Source: Dendrobates tinctorius
Taxonomy: Eukaryota
Assembly: GCF_039654945.1 (NCBI RefSeq)
Contig: NW_027361689.1
Location: 31,744,001-31,808,000, forward strand
Direction of reading: 5' to 3'
DNA: 64,000 bases
Part shown: in pieces, positions 25,601 to 36,311 of the stretch
Layout of the letters: the number at the start of each line of letters is the position of its first letter
Position numbering within the stretch: the stretch's first letter is position 1
Made by a program: the position numbers and the translations under genes
The notes under the pieces: model-generated
What the model saw: the letters and a program-made list of their open reading frames with translations, nothing else
Database searches by the model: none
What the model was told of the DNA's origin: nothing

Positions 25601-28185
25601 AGAACATGTGCAGTGCTTACAAGTTATTTTCTATTGAGCTTGTAAGCACTTTTTTTTTAATAGCTGGTTAGGATCACTGGAGTGCTCCATTACCTCCTAG
25701 TCCTGAGCAGCTGCAGAACAGTTCTTACAGCAGCAGTGGTCGGTCACCTAGGCAACAAATTGTAAACAAAAGTGGTAATATCTCAACAACGGCTGCAAAT
25801 TATAATAAGCAGTAAATTACCTGATTGGACAAATATTTAACAAAATCTCTGAAGATGGAAATAACCGTTTAATCAAGAGTGAAGTAATCCGAGGATAGGT
25901 ATGAGGTCACGTTCACATGTTCAGTATATGGTCAATATTTTACATCAGTATTTATAAGCCAAAACCAGGAGTTTAACAATCAGAGGAAAACTATAATAGA
26001 AACACGTCACCACTTCTGTATTTATCACCCACTCATGATTTTGGCTTACAAATACTGATCGTGTGAACATGGTCTTACAGTCTGTGATCAAGGCACTGGA
26101 GGATCTAAACTCTAAGAATCTTGGGCCGGTGTCACACGTTCAGATAATTCCGGCAGAGCAGGAGAGAAGAATGACAGCCGCATTCAGCACCAGCCGCAGG
26201 GGAACAGCGCTTACAGTAGCGCTTCTTCCTCGGCGGCCGTCCGTGAGAGCGGAGGACAGTGTGTGTTCTCTGTGTGCCGTGTTCAGCACTTTTGCGGACC
26301 GTGCGCTCCCTCAAACACTGACATGTCTCCGTGTTTTTCATACGGACCGTGTGTCCGTTAAAACACCCTGACATGTGCAGAGACACATTCATTTTAACGT
26401 GTCTACGTGTGTCAGTGTCTCCGGTACGTGAGGAAACTGTCACTACACGTACCGGAGCCACTGACGTGTGAAACCGGCTTCAGAAAGTATTGTACCCCTA
26501 AACAGGACATGATGACAGTTCAATAAAATTTTCTTCACTGCAAATAATAAGTCTTTCCTAGGACTTCAGTGCTACTGATAAGCCACAGCTGCCATTTATA
26601 TGCTAATCACGTGTCCAAAAGTTGAAGTTTTAGGCCCTGATTTGTCAAGGTGTTCAGACCAGAAAATTGATGCAAACCCTTTGAAAAATTGCACAAAAAA
26701 TTAGTGACTTTTGACATTTTTATGCCAAAATGGGAGGTGCCAGAGTGAGATGAGATGTGACTATGCCCGCCCGTCAAATTCATCCACAGTGGTGACGTTT
26801 CTTACACCAGGAATGTCACCGTTTCTGTCGAGGTGCATGTCATTGAGAAGATACATCAAATTTCTTAACGCCTCTTAATGAATTCGGCACATCTTATTCC
26901 TGCATGCCTTCTCATTAAGTATGGAGTAGAAAACCCAGTCTTAGTGAATCAAGGCCTTAGTTATTTATGCATAGCTTTCTTAAGGCGCAGTCAGACGGCC
27001 GTGTAAATCAGAGCGAGGTCAGACCGCAGTGCATGGACTGGCAGGCAGCTCTCCCGACCAGTGCGTGACGGCTTCATGTATTTCTATGCAGCTGTCACAC
27101 TTGGGTCGGGAGAGCAGCCAGCCAATCCGTGCACTGCGGTCCGATCTCGCTGCGTCTGACAGCGCCCTTAAGAAGGTATGTCCAGAACAGACACTCCCAT
27201 CCCAAATTCTTGTAGTGAGCTGTCAGAGATGAGCATCGTCCACCTCCCCCTATGCCTGCAGGTTGTGTTAGTGCTGCTGTATTTGGCATGTGATTTCTGC
27301 AGCTGAGGAAGAAGAATGTCAAGAAGGTGAGATAGGAAGTAACTTGCAGGCAGCGCTGCTGGATGTGACATCTGAAGGGGGGCGGCTGCTGCGCTGGGAG
27401 GTTAGGCCACATCTAACAGGAATGACAACCCCCTACAGCCTCCTTCCTCTGACCCAAGACAGATTATCACATCCAGGCCTCTAGATCTGGACACTCACAT
27501 GGAAACTATAGGCAATATCCCTTGCATCTGCTGCTCAGTTAAATGTAATTTACTGTTCCCTGTTATCAGCCAGCTTTGGTTGTGTTTCACGGTCCCAGTA
27601 CAGACTGCGAAATATGGACTGCAGGTCTCATATAGAGACATAGACCTACAGTCAGAGTCTGTAAACCATGGTCCATACTTGGCTCATGAAGCACAGAATA
27701 TTTGCGATACACAGTGGATTTTACCCCATGCTGAAAAATCCACTGTGTAAATGCCCTAACATAAAGTGAGGCACGGCGAAGTGTGGAACATAGATTACCT
27801 TAACGAAAGGAAATGCAGGCCCAGGCTTCAGGGGTTCCTCTTCATGTTCCTGTTGGTACAGCACATATTTCTCCACACCTTCGTCTTCATACATAGTCCT
27901 CTCATTAACCATGTTGAACAAAACCCGGGATGACACCGCAATGGTTATTGCATTCTGGGGCTTGGGCTATAGAGAAAAAGCAGAGATTTAGAACACGTTC
28001 CTCAGGTTCTTCACCAGTTTCTTGCAAATACTTGGGCTACTTACCAGCTTTGGCTTCTTCTTGGGTGCAATGCTGTCATAAAAGGCCTTGGCCGCAGAAG
28101 AGTCATGCTGGCCTTTATTTTCTTCTGAATTGGTGGGTGATGGTTGGGTCGCATCTGGTGGCGAGTTATCCTTAGCTCCGCTCAT
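1..28185 (-). CDS. nt5c1b: Cytosolic 5'-nucleotidase 1B-like gene (cN-I family, HAD superfamily); multi-exon span, 3' end beyond the window
   Basis: Spliced exons 28185-28045, 27966-27799, 9505-9376, 6007-5885, 2781-2597 and 453-<1 give an open frame of at least 400 codons. Motifs include [63 protein letters not shown] (HAD motif I) and [11 protein letters not shown]. Residues [35 protein letters not shown] and HIEGAQ match my recollection of NT5C1B better than NT5C1A. Confidence 0.85.
1113..1381. mobile_element. Palindromic MITE, left terminus missing
   Basis: gtgctcaggtgctaaccgtgtgacttcggcgtgctcgaaa (about 1124-1163) is the inverted copy of tttcgagcacgccgaagacactcggttagcacccgagca (about 1302-1340); the right end reads ...cgttcactcattacta. 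Confidence 0.6.
2597..2781 (-). CDS. nt5c1b: nt5c1b exon with the catalytic DGDAV motif (185 bp)
   Basis: tttcag|GA acceptor and CAG|gtacgg donor; encodes (G)IAAATMF...[16 protein letters not shown]...NKPLAQ. Confidence 0.95.
4597..4757 (+). mobile_element. L2 LINE 3'-end fragment
   Basis: caagacttctccagtgctgcccctgtcttctagaat resembles the L2 ORF2 end at 60539-60575 in this window. Confidence 0.5.
4762..5206. mobile_element. T2/Kolobok-type MITE with TTAA target duplication
   Basis: ttaa|agaagctgtccact...gtagtagacaacccct|ttaa, with internally inverted arms. Similar TTAA-bounded elements occur near 14010-14295 and 22676-22958. Confidence 0.65.
5885..6007 (-). CDS. nt5c1b: nt5c1b exon (123 bp)
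   Basis: ttttag|AC acceptor and G|gtaagg donor; encodes (D)[40 protein letters not shown](G). Confidence 0.95.
6591..6736. mobile_element. Short Penelope-like insertion with an inverted segment and a 14-bp target duplication
   Basis: ctagtacactaggg direct repeats at 6577-6590 and 6737-6750; internal inverted repeat tagaaaaatattcagaattgagagtcctcagtggttga / tcaaccactgaggactttcaattctgaatatttttcta. The family assignment is from recall. Confidence 0.5.
9376..9505 (-). CDS. nt5c1b: nt5c1b exon (130 bp), absent from the ORF track
   Basis: cgtag|GCG acceptor and G|gtaagt donor; encodes [43 protein letters not shown]. Confidence 0.95.
10956..11760 (+). mobile_element. Solo LTR (805 bp)
   Basis: TGTTGTGA...TCATAACA termini; tgtaag duplicated on both sides; TATA-like gatataaggc near 11089; T-rich body. 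Confidence 0.75.
12036..13111 (-). mobile_element. Solo LTR (1076 bp)
   Basis: TGTCATGATC...GATCACGACA inverted termini; flanks gtaaa / gtaat; ctataaa on the minus strand near 12950. Confidence 0.7.
15110..16232. repeat. Minisatellite, unit about 55-58 bp
   Basis: Recurrent cctcagtgtcccacctccctgctgctgagtctccacccaccaagcctgactgacagct. Confidence 0.9.
16550..16615 (+). mobile_element. Helitron-type 3' terminus
   Basis: GC hairpin cccgg-gcagcg-ccggg (16588-16603) followed 8 nt later by CTAG|T (16612-16616), then (TA)n. The 5' boundary is uncertain. Confidence 0.6.
16619..16660. repeat. (TA)n microsatellite
   Basis: About 21 uninterrupted TA units. Confidence 0.95.
16780..17530. repeat. Tandem repeat, unit about 70 bp, about 11 copies
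   Basis: cttccatacc recurs at 16821, 16891, 16961, 17031, 17101 and onward. Confidence 0.9.
20109..21329 (-). mobile_element. Full-length Tc1/mariner transposon, DD36E (Incomer-type), 1221 bp
   Basis: Perfect 29-bp TIRs cactcactggccactttattaggtacacc; TA duplication at 20107-20108 and 21330-21331; single intact ORF. Confidence 0.93.
20141..21181 (-). CDS. Intact 346-aa Tc1-like transposase with a DD36E triad
   Basis: N-terminal paired-like HTH ([30 protein letters not shown]); [15 protein letters not shown] and SPDLNPIE motifs, with 36 residues between the second D and the E. Confidence 0.93.
   Translation of the reverse strand: MGKKGDLSAFERGMIVGARRAGLSISETADLLGFSRTTISRVYREWSEKEKKSSERQFCGRKCHVDARGQRRMGRLVRADRKATVTQIATRYNQGRQKSISECTVRRTLRQMGYSSRRPHWVPLLSAKNRKLRLQFAQAHRNWTVEDWKNVAWSDESRFLLRHSDGRVRIWRKQHESMDPSCLVSTVQAGGGGVMVWGIFSGHSLGPLVPIEHRCNATAYLSIVADHVHPFMTTMYPTSDGYFQQDNAPCHKARIISDWFLEHDNEFTVLKWPPQSPDLNPIEHLWDVVEREIRIRDVQPTNLRHLCDAIMSIWSKISEECFQHLVESLPRRIEAVLKAKGGPTRY
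25903..26077. mobile_element. Palindromic MITE (PIF/Harbinger-like)
   Basis: ggtcacgttcacatgttcagta...tactgatcgtgtgaacatggtc inverted ends; inner gtatttataagccaaaacca / tgattttggcttacaaatac. Confidence 0.6.
26125..26479. mobile_element. MITE (PIF/Harbinger-like)
   Basis: gccggtgtcacacgttcag ... ctgacgtgtgaaaccggc inverted termini. Confidence 0.6.
27799..27966 (-). CDS. nt5c1b: nt5c1b exon (168 bp)
   Basis: ctatag|CCC acceptor and AAG|gtaatc donor; encodes [20 protein letters not shown]...PGPAFPFVK. Confidence 0.95.
28045..28185 (-). CDS. nt5c1b: nt5c1b first in-frame coding segment (MSGAKDN...[16 protein letters not shown]); the exon probably extends to an acceptor at 28440
   Basis: ATG at 28185; CTG|gtaagt donor at 28045/28044; 78-bp intron; resembles the cN-I AKxFYDxxAPKKKPK motif. 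Confidence 0.85.
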
Positions 28186-28539
28186 TGTGTCGCTCTTTTC
28201 TTGGACAGGGTCCGATGTTGCAGGTGCTTGGGATTCTCTGCCAATGGAATTGGAGTGGACTGAAAATGCTCCACCAAACGAATGGTGATGGACTTGGGAT
28301 TCCTCACCAATGGACTCGGGATGGTCTGGAGATTCTCAACCGATGGACTCGGGATAGTCTGGGGATTCTCCACTGAAGGACTCGGGATAGTCTGGGGATT
28401 CTCCACCGATGGATTAGGGATGATACTGCCAATCTCTTGGCTGCAAATTATGACAGCGAGGGTTCAGCGTGAGGCAGCTGGGTTGTACATTTACAGAGTT
28501 AAAACACTTCCTTGTTACTTACGTAAAAAGACAAGACAT
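28182..28539 (-). CDS. Candidate spliced upstream ORF or frameshifted N-terminal extension (91 aa from ATG 28539; exons 28539-28523 and 28440-28182)
   Basis: AC|gtaagt donor at 28523 and tttgcag|C acceptor at 28440 define an 82-bp intron. The frame stays open through the 33-bp repeats (SPSVENPQTIP) and ends at a TGA overlapping the nt5c1b ATG (ATGA). Confidence 0.45.
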
Positions 28540-31500
28540 GAATAGGAAGCTGAACCAACGCCCTCTGCTGAGTGACTCACTCCAGGAGGGAGGGTTAATG
28601 TACAAGCTAGTATTAGAGAAGTAATGGAGGCTGGGCCAGGGAGTGGTGAGACTCAGGCCTTCCACATACCAGGCAATGAACATGCCATAGGGCTGGTACC
28701 GAGGGGCAGGGTTGCTCGCTCCTCCTGTGTTCTGCACACATTACCCACCCCTCTGTATGATATCCTGCCAGTGTCAGCTGTCTGCCCTGGGCTTTCTCTC
28801 TGCTTGCCAACAAAGACAGAGAGAGAGCTACATAGTTGTAGCTACAGAGACGCCATCTTCCAATAGTAACTCTATTGTGAAACTACAAGTCCCAGCATGT
28901 CACAACAGCACCAAGCCGGGAGTTGTAATTTCACAACAGCTTCAAGATAATGTAGTCAGCTTACTGCAGTCCTATGTAAATGTGCTGACACATTGGAAGG
29001 GGCTTTCCAGATTATATTGAGAACTTCTCCTTAGTAGATCAGAGTCCTAGTGGGCCCCTCTTCACTTTCAATTTTTCTTTCTGGGTTTCAAAAAGCACAA
29101 TATATATATTTTTTTTTTCAGTCGAAAGCGTATTTGGCCATCCATTTTTGCAGTGCGAGTTGTAGTTTTTATTGGTATCATTTTGGGGTCTATATGACTT
29201 TTTGATCATTTTATTCTGTTTTGGGAGGTGATGTGAAAAGAAAAATCAGTTCTGCCATTTCGATTTTTTTTTCTTTTAAAGTTTTGGCATTCACTGCACA
29301 TGCTTAATATTATGATATTTTATTAGGTCAGTCAGTTTTGCACGCTGCTGGGGTTTATAAGTATACAAAATGGGCTCATAGGTGTACGAACACGTCAGAC
29401 ATGGGCTCAAAGGTGTACGAACATGGCAGACATGGGCTCATAGGTGTACAAACATGGCAGACATGGGCTCATAGGTGTACAAACATGGCAGACATGGGCT
29501 CATAGGAGTGTGCAAACATGGAAGACATGGGCTCATAGGTGTACAAACATGGCAGACGTGGGCTCATAGATGTACAAACATGGCAGACATGGGCTCATAG
29601 GTGCACAAACATGGCAGACATGGGCTCATAGGTGTACAAACATGGCAGACATGAGCTCATAGGTGTACAAACATGGCAGACATGGGCTCATAGGTGTACG
29701 AACATGGCAGACATGGGCTCATAGGTGTACGAACATGGCAGACATGGGCTCATAGGTGCACAAACATGGCAGACATGGGATCGAAGGTGTACAACCATGG
29801 CAGACATGGGCTCATAGATGTACAAACATGGCAGACATGGGCTCATAGGTGCACAAACATGGCAGACATTGGCTCATAGGTGTACAAACATGACAGACAT
29901 GGGCTCAAAGGTGTACAAACATGGCAGACATGGGCTCATAGGTGTACAAACATGGCAGACATGGGCTCATAGGTGCACAAACATGGCAGACATGGGATCG
30001 AAGGTGTACAACCATGGCAGACATGGGCTCATAGTTGTACGAACATGGCAGACATGGGCTCATAGATGTACAAACATGGCAGACATAGGCTCATAGGTGC
30101 ACAAACATGGCAGACATGGGATTATAGGTGTACAAACATGGCAGACAAGGACTCATAGGTGTACAAACAAGGCAGACATGGGCTCATAGGTGTACGAACA
30201 TGGAGGACATGGGCTCATAGGTTTATAAACATGGCAGTCAAGGACTCATAGGTGTACAAACATGGCAGACATGGGATCATAGGTGTATAAACATGGCAGA
30301 CATGGGCTCATAGGTGTATAAACATGGCAGACATGGGCTCATAGGTGCACAAACATGGCAGATATGGGATTAAAGGTGTACAAACATGGCAGACAAGGAC
30401 TCATAGGTGTACAAACATGGCAGACATGGGCTCATAGGTGTATAAACATGGCAGACATGGGCTCATAGGTGTACAAACATGGCAGACATGGGCTCATAGG
30501 TGTACAAACATGGCAGACATGGGCTCCTAGGTGTACAAACATGGAGGACATGGGCTCATAGGTGTATAAACATGGCAGACATGGGCTCATAGGTGTACAA
30601 ACATGGCATACATGGGCTCCTAGGTGTACGAACATGGAGGACATGGGCTCATAGGTGTATAAACATGGCAGACATGGGCTCACAGGTGTACAAACATGGC
30701 AGACATGGGCTCATAGGTGAAAAAACATTGTAGACATGGACTCATAGGTGCACAAACATGGCAGACATGGGATCATAGGTGTACAAACATGGCAGACAAG
30801 GACTCATAGGCGTACAAACATGGCAGACATGGGCTCATAGGTGTATAAACATGGCAGACATGGGATCATAGGTGTACAAACATGGCAGACATGGGCTCAT
30901 AGGTGTAAAAACATGGCAGACATGGGCTCATAGGTGTATAAACATGGCAGACATGGGCTCATAGGTGTATAAACATGGCAGACATGGGCTCATAGGTGTA
31001 CAAACATGGCAGACATGGGCTCATAGGTGTATAAACATGGCAGACATGGGTTCATGGGTGTATAAACATGGCAGACATGGGCTCATAGGTGTATAAAAAT
31101 GGCAGACATTGGTTCATGGGTGTATAAACATGGCAGACATGGGCTCATAGGTGTATAAAAATGGAGGACATGGGCTCAAAGGTGTATAAACATGGCAGAC
31201 ATGGGCTCATAGGTGCACAAACATGGCAGACATGGGCTCATAGGTGTATAAACATGGAGGACATGGGCTCAAAGGTGTATAAACATGGCAGACATGGGCT
31301 CATAGGTGCACAAACATGGCAGACATGGGCTCATAGGTGTATAAACATGGCAGACATGGGTTCATGGGTGTATAAACATGGCAGACATGGGCTGATAGGT
31401 GCACAAACATGGCAGACATGGGCTCATAGGTGTATAAACATGGCAGACATGGGCTCATAGGTGCACAAACATGGAGGACATGGGCTCATAGGTGTACAAA

Positions 31501-31594
31501 CATGGCAGACATGGGCTCATAGGTATACAAACATGGAGGACATGGGCTCATAGGTGTATAAACATGGCAGACATGGGATCATAGGTGTACAAAC

Positions 31595-34500
31595 TGTCAT
31601 GATACCAGTGCTGGGTGACCGGCACTTCTGGAGTTAATGTTCTGATCGCAGTGTAGACTCTCACCTGCACACCTGGGACCTATTATGGTGGCCTCTCATT
31701 GGTTCTGGGGAGGCTTCTTATAGCCTCAGGAAGCTCCCATCCCCTGTCAGTTATACTTTCGCCCTTGGCATTGTGTGGTGACCCCTGAGTCTGTTAGTGC
31801 TGTGTTCTGGTTGCTTGACTCCCTGTGTATGACTCGGTCTGTTCTCTGGATATCGAGGACGCCATGACCCAGGCCGTCAGGATGGACCACAGGCTGCGGG
31901 CCAGAGGGGTGATGCAGGTGGAAACTCCATTGTTCCCCAGTGGAAAAGAGACTGCCCCTGAGCTCATGGATGTAGGTGCCCTCTCCCTGAAGGATACAGA
32001 GCGGAAACGCCGGAAGGACAAGCAGTTATGCTTTTACTGCGGTAAAATGGGACATTGGAAAAGGGAATGTCCTGATTGCCTGTCTTCAAACCCGGTCGGC
32101 GGGAAACGACTAGGTCTGGGAAGTCAACGGGGAGACTGCTCCGACCCTCAGGTACCCTTTTCCTCATTTTCTAAAGTGTTACTGCCTGTGGAACTGTTTG
32201 TGGATGGTAGTTCTTTTCCCTCTACAGCCTTCGTGGACTGCGGATCATCGATTAATCTCATTGACTCCCAATTGGTCACACACTGCAAGATAGGGACAGT
32301 AAGGCTCATGGTTCCGATCAAGGTGATGGCCATTGACTCCTCTCCCCTCACTAAGGAGGGAATTCGCTTTATGTCTGACTTGTTTTCGCTTAGAGTGGGC
32401 GCTAATCATGTGGAAAACCTAAGTTGTTTTGTGCTCCGCACTGCTGGTTGAACCTGTTAAATCTGTGTCTGTATCATCTGTGAGCTGGAAGGTATTCTGG
32501 AATGCCTGAAGGACTTTGAAGATGTATTCTCTGAAAGCGAGGCCAAGACGTTACTGCCACATAGACCCTTTGACTGCGCTATTGAGCTGGTCCCGGGAGC
32601 TAAATTACCTAAAGCCCGTCTGTTTAATTTGTCCGGTCCTGAGCGCTTGGCTATGAAGGAGTACATTGCTGAAAGTCTGCGCAAAGGACACAGCTGAAAG
32701 TCTGCGCAAAGGACACATACGTCCTTCAGTCTCACCTGTGGTGGCAGGTTTCTTTTTTGTAAAGAAAAAAGATGGTGGGTTACGTCCCTGTCTCGACTTC
32801 CGGGAGCTTAATCAGATTACTGTACGGAATACGTACCCCCTTCCGTTGATTCCCGATTTATGTAACCAACTATCAGGGGCAAAGTGGTTTTCTAAACTGG
32901 ATCTTTGGGGAGCATATAATTTGATAAGGGTCCGAGAGGGGGATGAATGGAAAACCGCGTTCCTCAAGACCGAGGGACTATTTGAAAATTTAGTCATGCC
33001 CTTTGGTCTTACCAACGCCCCCGCCATAATTCAGAATTTCATCAACGTGGTATTCTCGGATCTCATTGGTCATTTTGTCGTTATCTATTTAGATGATATT
33101 TTGATATACTCCACCGACAAGCATTCTCATTTGGAACATGTAGGAACAGTTCTCCAAAGACTGAGAGAAAATCATCTGTATGCCAAATTGGAGAAATGTG
33201 TATTCTGTGTGCAAGAATTGTCTTTTTTGGGGTTAATTGTATCCGGGGAGGGTTTTCGCTTGGACCCCAAGAAGGTGCAGGCCATTGCGGATTGGGTGCA
33301 ACCCCGAGAACTTAAGGGTCTTCAGCGCTTCTTGGGATTCGCCAATTATTACCGCAAATTTATCCGGGGGTTTTTGCAAGTGGTCAAACCTCTCACGGAT
33401 CTAACATGCAAAGGTGCGGATGTGAGAAATTGGTCCTCGCTCGCAAAAGAGGCCTTTGCGACGCTGAAAAAATGTTTTATGTCTGCTCCTGTCTTGATAC
33501 AGCCAGATCCTTCCAAGCCATTTGTGGTGGAGGTGGACGCCTCCGAGGTGGGGGTGGGCGGTGTTGTCTCAACGGCCTGCCACTCTAACCAAACTCAGGC
33601 CATGTGCCTTCTTTTCCAAGAAGTTCTCTGCTGCTGAAAGAAATTATGATGTAGGCAATAGATTGCTTCTTGCGGTTAAGTTGGCGTTTGAGGAATGGAG
33701 GCACTTTTTGGAGGGGGCAAGCCACCCGGTTACTGTGATCACTGATCACAAAAATTTGTCTTACATCGAGTCTGCTAAAAGATTAACGCCCAGACAGGCC
33801 CGTTGGTCACTTTTTTTTTCTTGTTTCCAGTTTACTATTACATTCCGTCCAGGGTCAAAGAATGTCAAGGCTGACGCCTTATCTCGTAGTTTTCACCCTG
33901 TGTCTGTCACTGAGCTACCGTCCTCCATTCTGCACCCTGGGGTGGTGTTAGCAGGGATCTCGTCTGAATTGGAACGGGAAATTGAGGGGGCCCAGTCGCT
34001 GGCTCCTGTGGCCAAACCAGGGGGCAAGTTGTTTGTCCCAGAACAACTTCGCCTTAAACTCTTGCAAGACTTCCACGAATCCAAGTTTAGTGCTCACCCT
34101 GGTATATCAGCCACGCAACTGGCGGTGGCTAGGATCTTCTGGTGGCCTACTCTGGGTTCTGATATAAAGAAATTCATTTCTGGTTGTGGGGTCTGCGCTC
34201 GTTCTAAAAGCTCCCATAGCCGGCCGGCGGGGGAGCTGAAGCCCTTGGAAGTTCCCGAAAGACGGTGGACCCATCTGTTGATGGATTTTATTACCAATCT
34301 TCCCTCCTCCAGGGGTAATACGGTGGTATGGGTAGTGGTGGACAGATTTTCTAAGCAGGCTCATTTTGTACCCCTGTCCGCATTACCTTCTGCTGAGATC
34401 TTATCCAGATTGTTTGTGCAGAATATGGTCCGCTTGCATGGGGTACCCCTGAATGTGGTGTCTGATCGTGGTGTGCAGTTTGTAGCTAAGTTTTGGCGTG

Positions 34501-36027
34501 CTTTCTGTAAAAAATTAGGGATATCTCTGTCCTTTTTGTCTGCATACCATCCTGAGAGTAATGGTCAGACGGAACGCACTAATCAGTCTCTGGAACAGAT
34601 CCTGAGATATCTGACTTCTGCTAGACAGAATGACTGGTGTGATATACTGCTGTTGGCTGAATTCGCCTTCAGTAGTCGGGTGAGTCAATCCACTGGTATG
34701 TCCCCTTTCTTCATCAACTATGGGTTCAGTCCTCATTTTGGTGAGTTTTCTTGTCTGGATTCGGGGTGCCCCGGGGCTGAGGACTCTGTTCAGCGGTTAA
34801 AAGATACATGGGCAGAAGTCCAGCGGTGTATATCTAGGTCTCAAGGCAGGTATAAGTTTTTCGCGGACAGGAAACGAACACCTGGTCCCATGTTTCAGGT
34901 GGGAGAGAAAGTTTGGCTCTCCACGTGAAACATTAAGTTAAAGGTTCCGTCAGCCAAGTTGGGCCCCAAATTCATTGGCACGTACAAGATTGTGGAAAAA
35001 AATCAACCCGGTAGCGTACAGACTGTGCCTTCCACCCTCGTTCAAGATCCCTAACGTCTTCCATAGATCTCTACTGAAGCCGTTTGAAGCAGTCCGGGGA
35101 GAATCCGAGTCCGCTGCTCCTCCGGTTTTGGTTGAGGGACATGTGGAATATGAGATTGGTCACATTGTAGATTCTAGGTTGGTACGGTGGTCAGTACAGT
35201 ACCTAGTTCATTGGAAGGGTTATGGGCCGGAGGACAGGTCCTGGGTGCCGGCCCGGTTGATGCATGCGAATCGTCTTGTTCGGGCTTTCCATGCTAGGTA
35301 CCCGGGCAAGCCTGGGGGTCCAGAGGTCCTCCGTTGAGAGGGGGGTATTGTCATGATACCATTGCTGGGTGACCGGCACTTCTGGGGTTAATGTTCTGAT
35401 CGCAGTGTAGACTCTCACCTGCACACCTGGGACCTATTAGGGTGGCCTCTCATTGGTTCTGGGGAGGCTTGTTATAGCCTCAGGAAGCTCCCATCCCCCG
35501 TCAGTTATACTTTCGCCCTTGGCATTGTGTGGTGACCCCTGAGTGTGTTTGTGCTGTTTTCTGGTTGCTTGATTCCCTGTGTAGGACTCGGTCTGTTCTC
35601 TGGATATCGCTTTGGATTCTGCTTGGTACCTTCTATGTCCGTTTGGTTTTTGATCTCTGCTTGGCCCTTACTGTCCGTTCTGTCTCATCCCTGGTACTGT
35701 ATTGATATCTTGTGTATGACCTTTGGCTTTGTCTGAGCTCCCGTCTGTTTATCCCTCCTGTACCTCGCTTGCCTGTATTGTGCCTGACCTCTGCTTTGCC
35801 CGACTCTGAGTTTTCATCCACCTCTGAAAGCAGGACGCTAAGCCCCGACCCCTGGCAGTCACATGACCGTTCACATGACCGTAGGTCCTATGCCGGCTTT
35901 CTAATCTTCTACATTCAGGTCCCGTGCATCTTTATTGACCGGCTGTTCTTGTCCCCAGGGGTTCCTACGGTGCGGGTGAGTCCCTGCTTAGCGGAGGCTG
36001 TACGCCGGCGCTTTCAGGACCCTGACA
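31595..36027 (+). mobile_element. Defective Ty3/Gypsy chromovirus LTR retrotransposon, copy 1
   Basis: TG...CA ends with caaac target duplication. Truncated 5' LTR 31595-31855 is fused to the gag end (CCHC knuckle CFYCGKMGHWKREC). Then protease (VDCGS), RT (YLDD), RNase H (VDAS), integrase (HHCC, DDE), chromodomain (YLVHWKGYGPEDRSW), a polypurine tract near 35337-35347 and a 3' LTR at 35349-36027. Confidence 0.95.
31856..35337 (+). pseudogene. Disrupted gag-end/pol polyprotein (PR-RT-RH-IN-chromodomain), copy 1
   Basis: ORF pieces 31825-32451, 32666-33637, 33522-34928 and 34975-35337; 25-bp duplication at 32668-32717, frameshifts, and a TGA at 34926-34928. Confidence 0.9.
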
Positions 36028-36311
36028 CAAACATGGCAGACATGGACTCACAGGTGTACAAACATGGCAAACATGGGCTCATAGGTGTATAAACATGGCA
36101 GACATGGGCTCATAGGTGTACAAACATGGCAGACATGGGCTCATAGGTGTACAAACATGGCATACATGGGCTTCTAGGTGTATAAACATGGCAGACATGG
36201 GCTCATAGGTGTACAAACATGGCAGACATGGGCTCATAGGTGTACAAACATGGAGGTCATGGGCTCATAGGTGTATAAACATGGCAGACATGGGATCATA
36301 GGTGTACAAAC

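Noticed and set aside
25743-25756. RFX X-box-like GTCACCTAGGCAAC in the large intron
   Set aside because: An isolated short motif; similar strings are common in frog MITEs.
1-28185. Assignment as nt5c1a
   Set aside because: Recalled diagnostic residues favour the 1B paralogue. Synteny with rdh14 beyond the window or a gene tree would settle it.
29364-31594. CRISPR-like regular 31-bp repeats and repetitive ORFs (YKHGRHGLIG...)
   Set aside because: Units are head-to-tail with no unique spacers, there are no cas genes and the context is eukaryotic. The ORFs are translation artefacts of the satellite.
35712-36092. 126-aa ORF at the end of each Gypsy copy (env-like?)
   Set aside because: It lies within the 3' LTR and reads into the satellite, with no envelope-like features.
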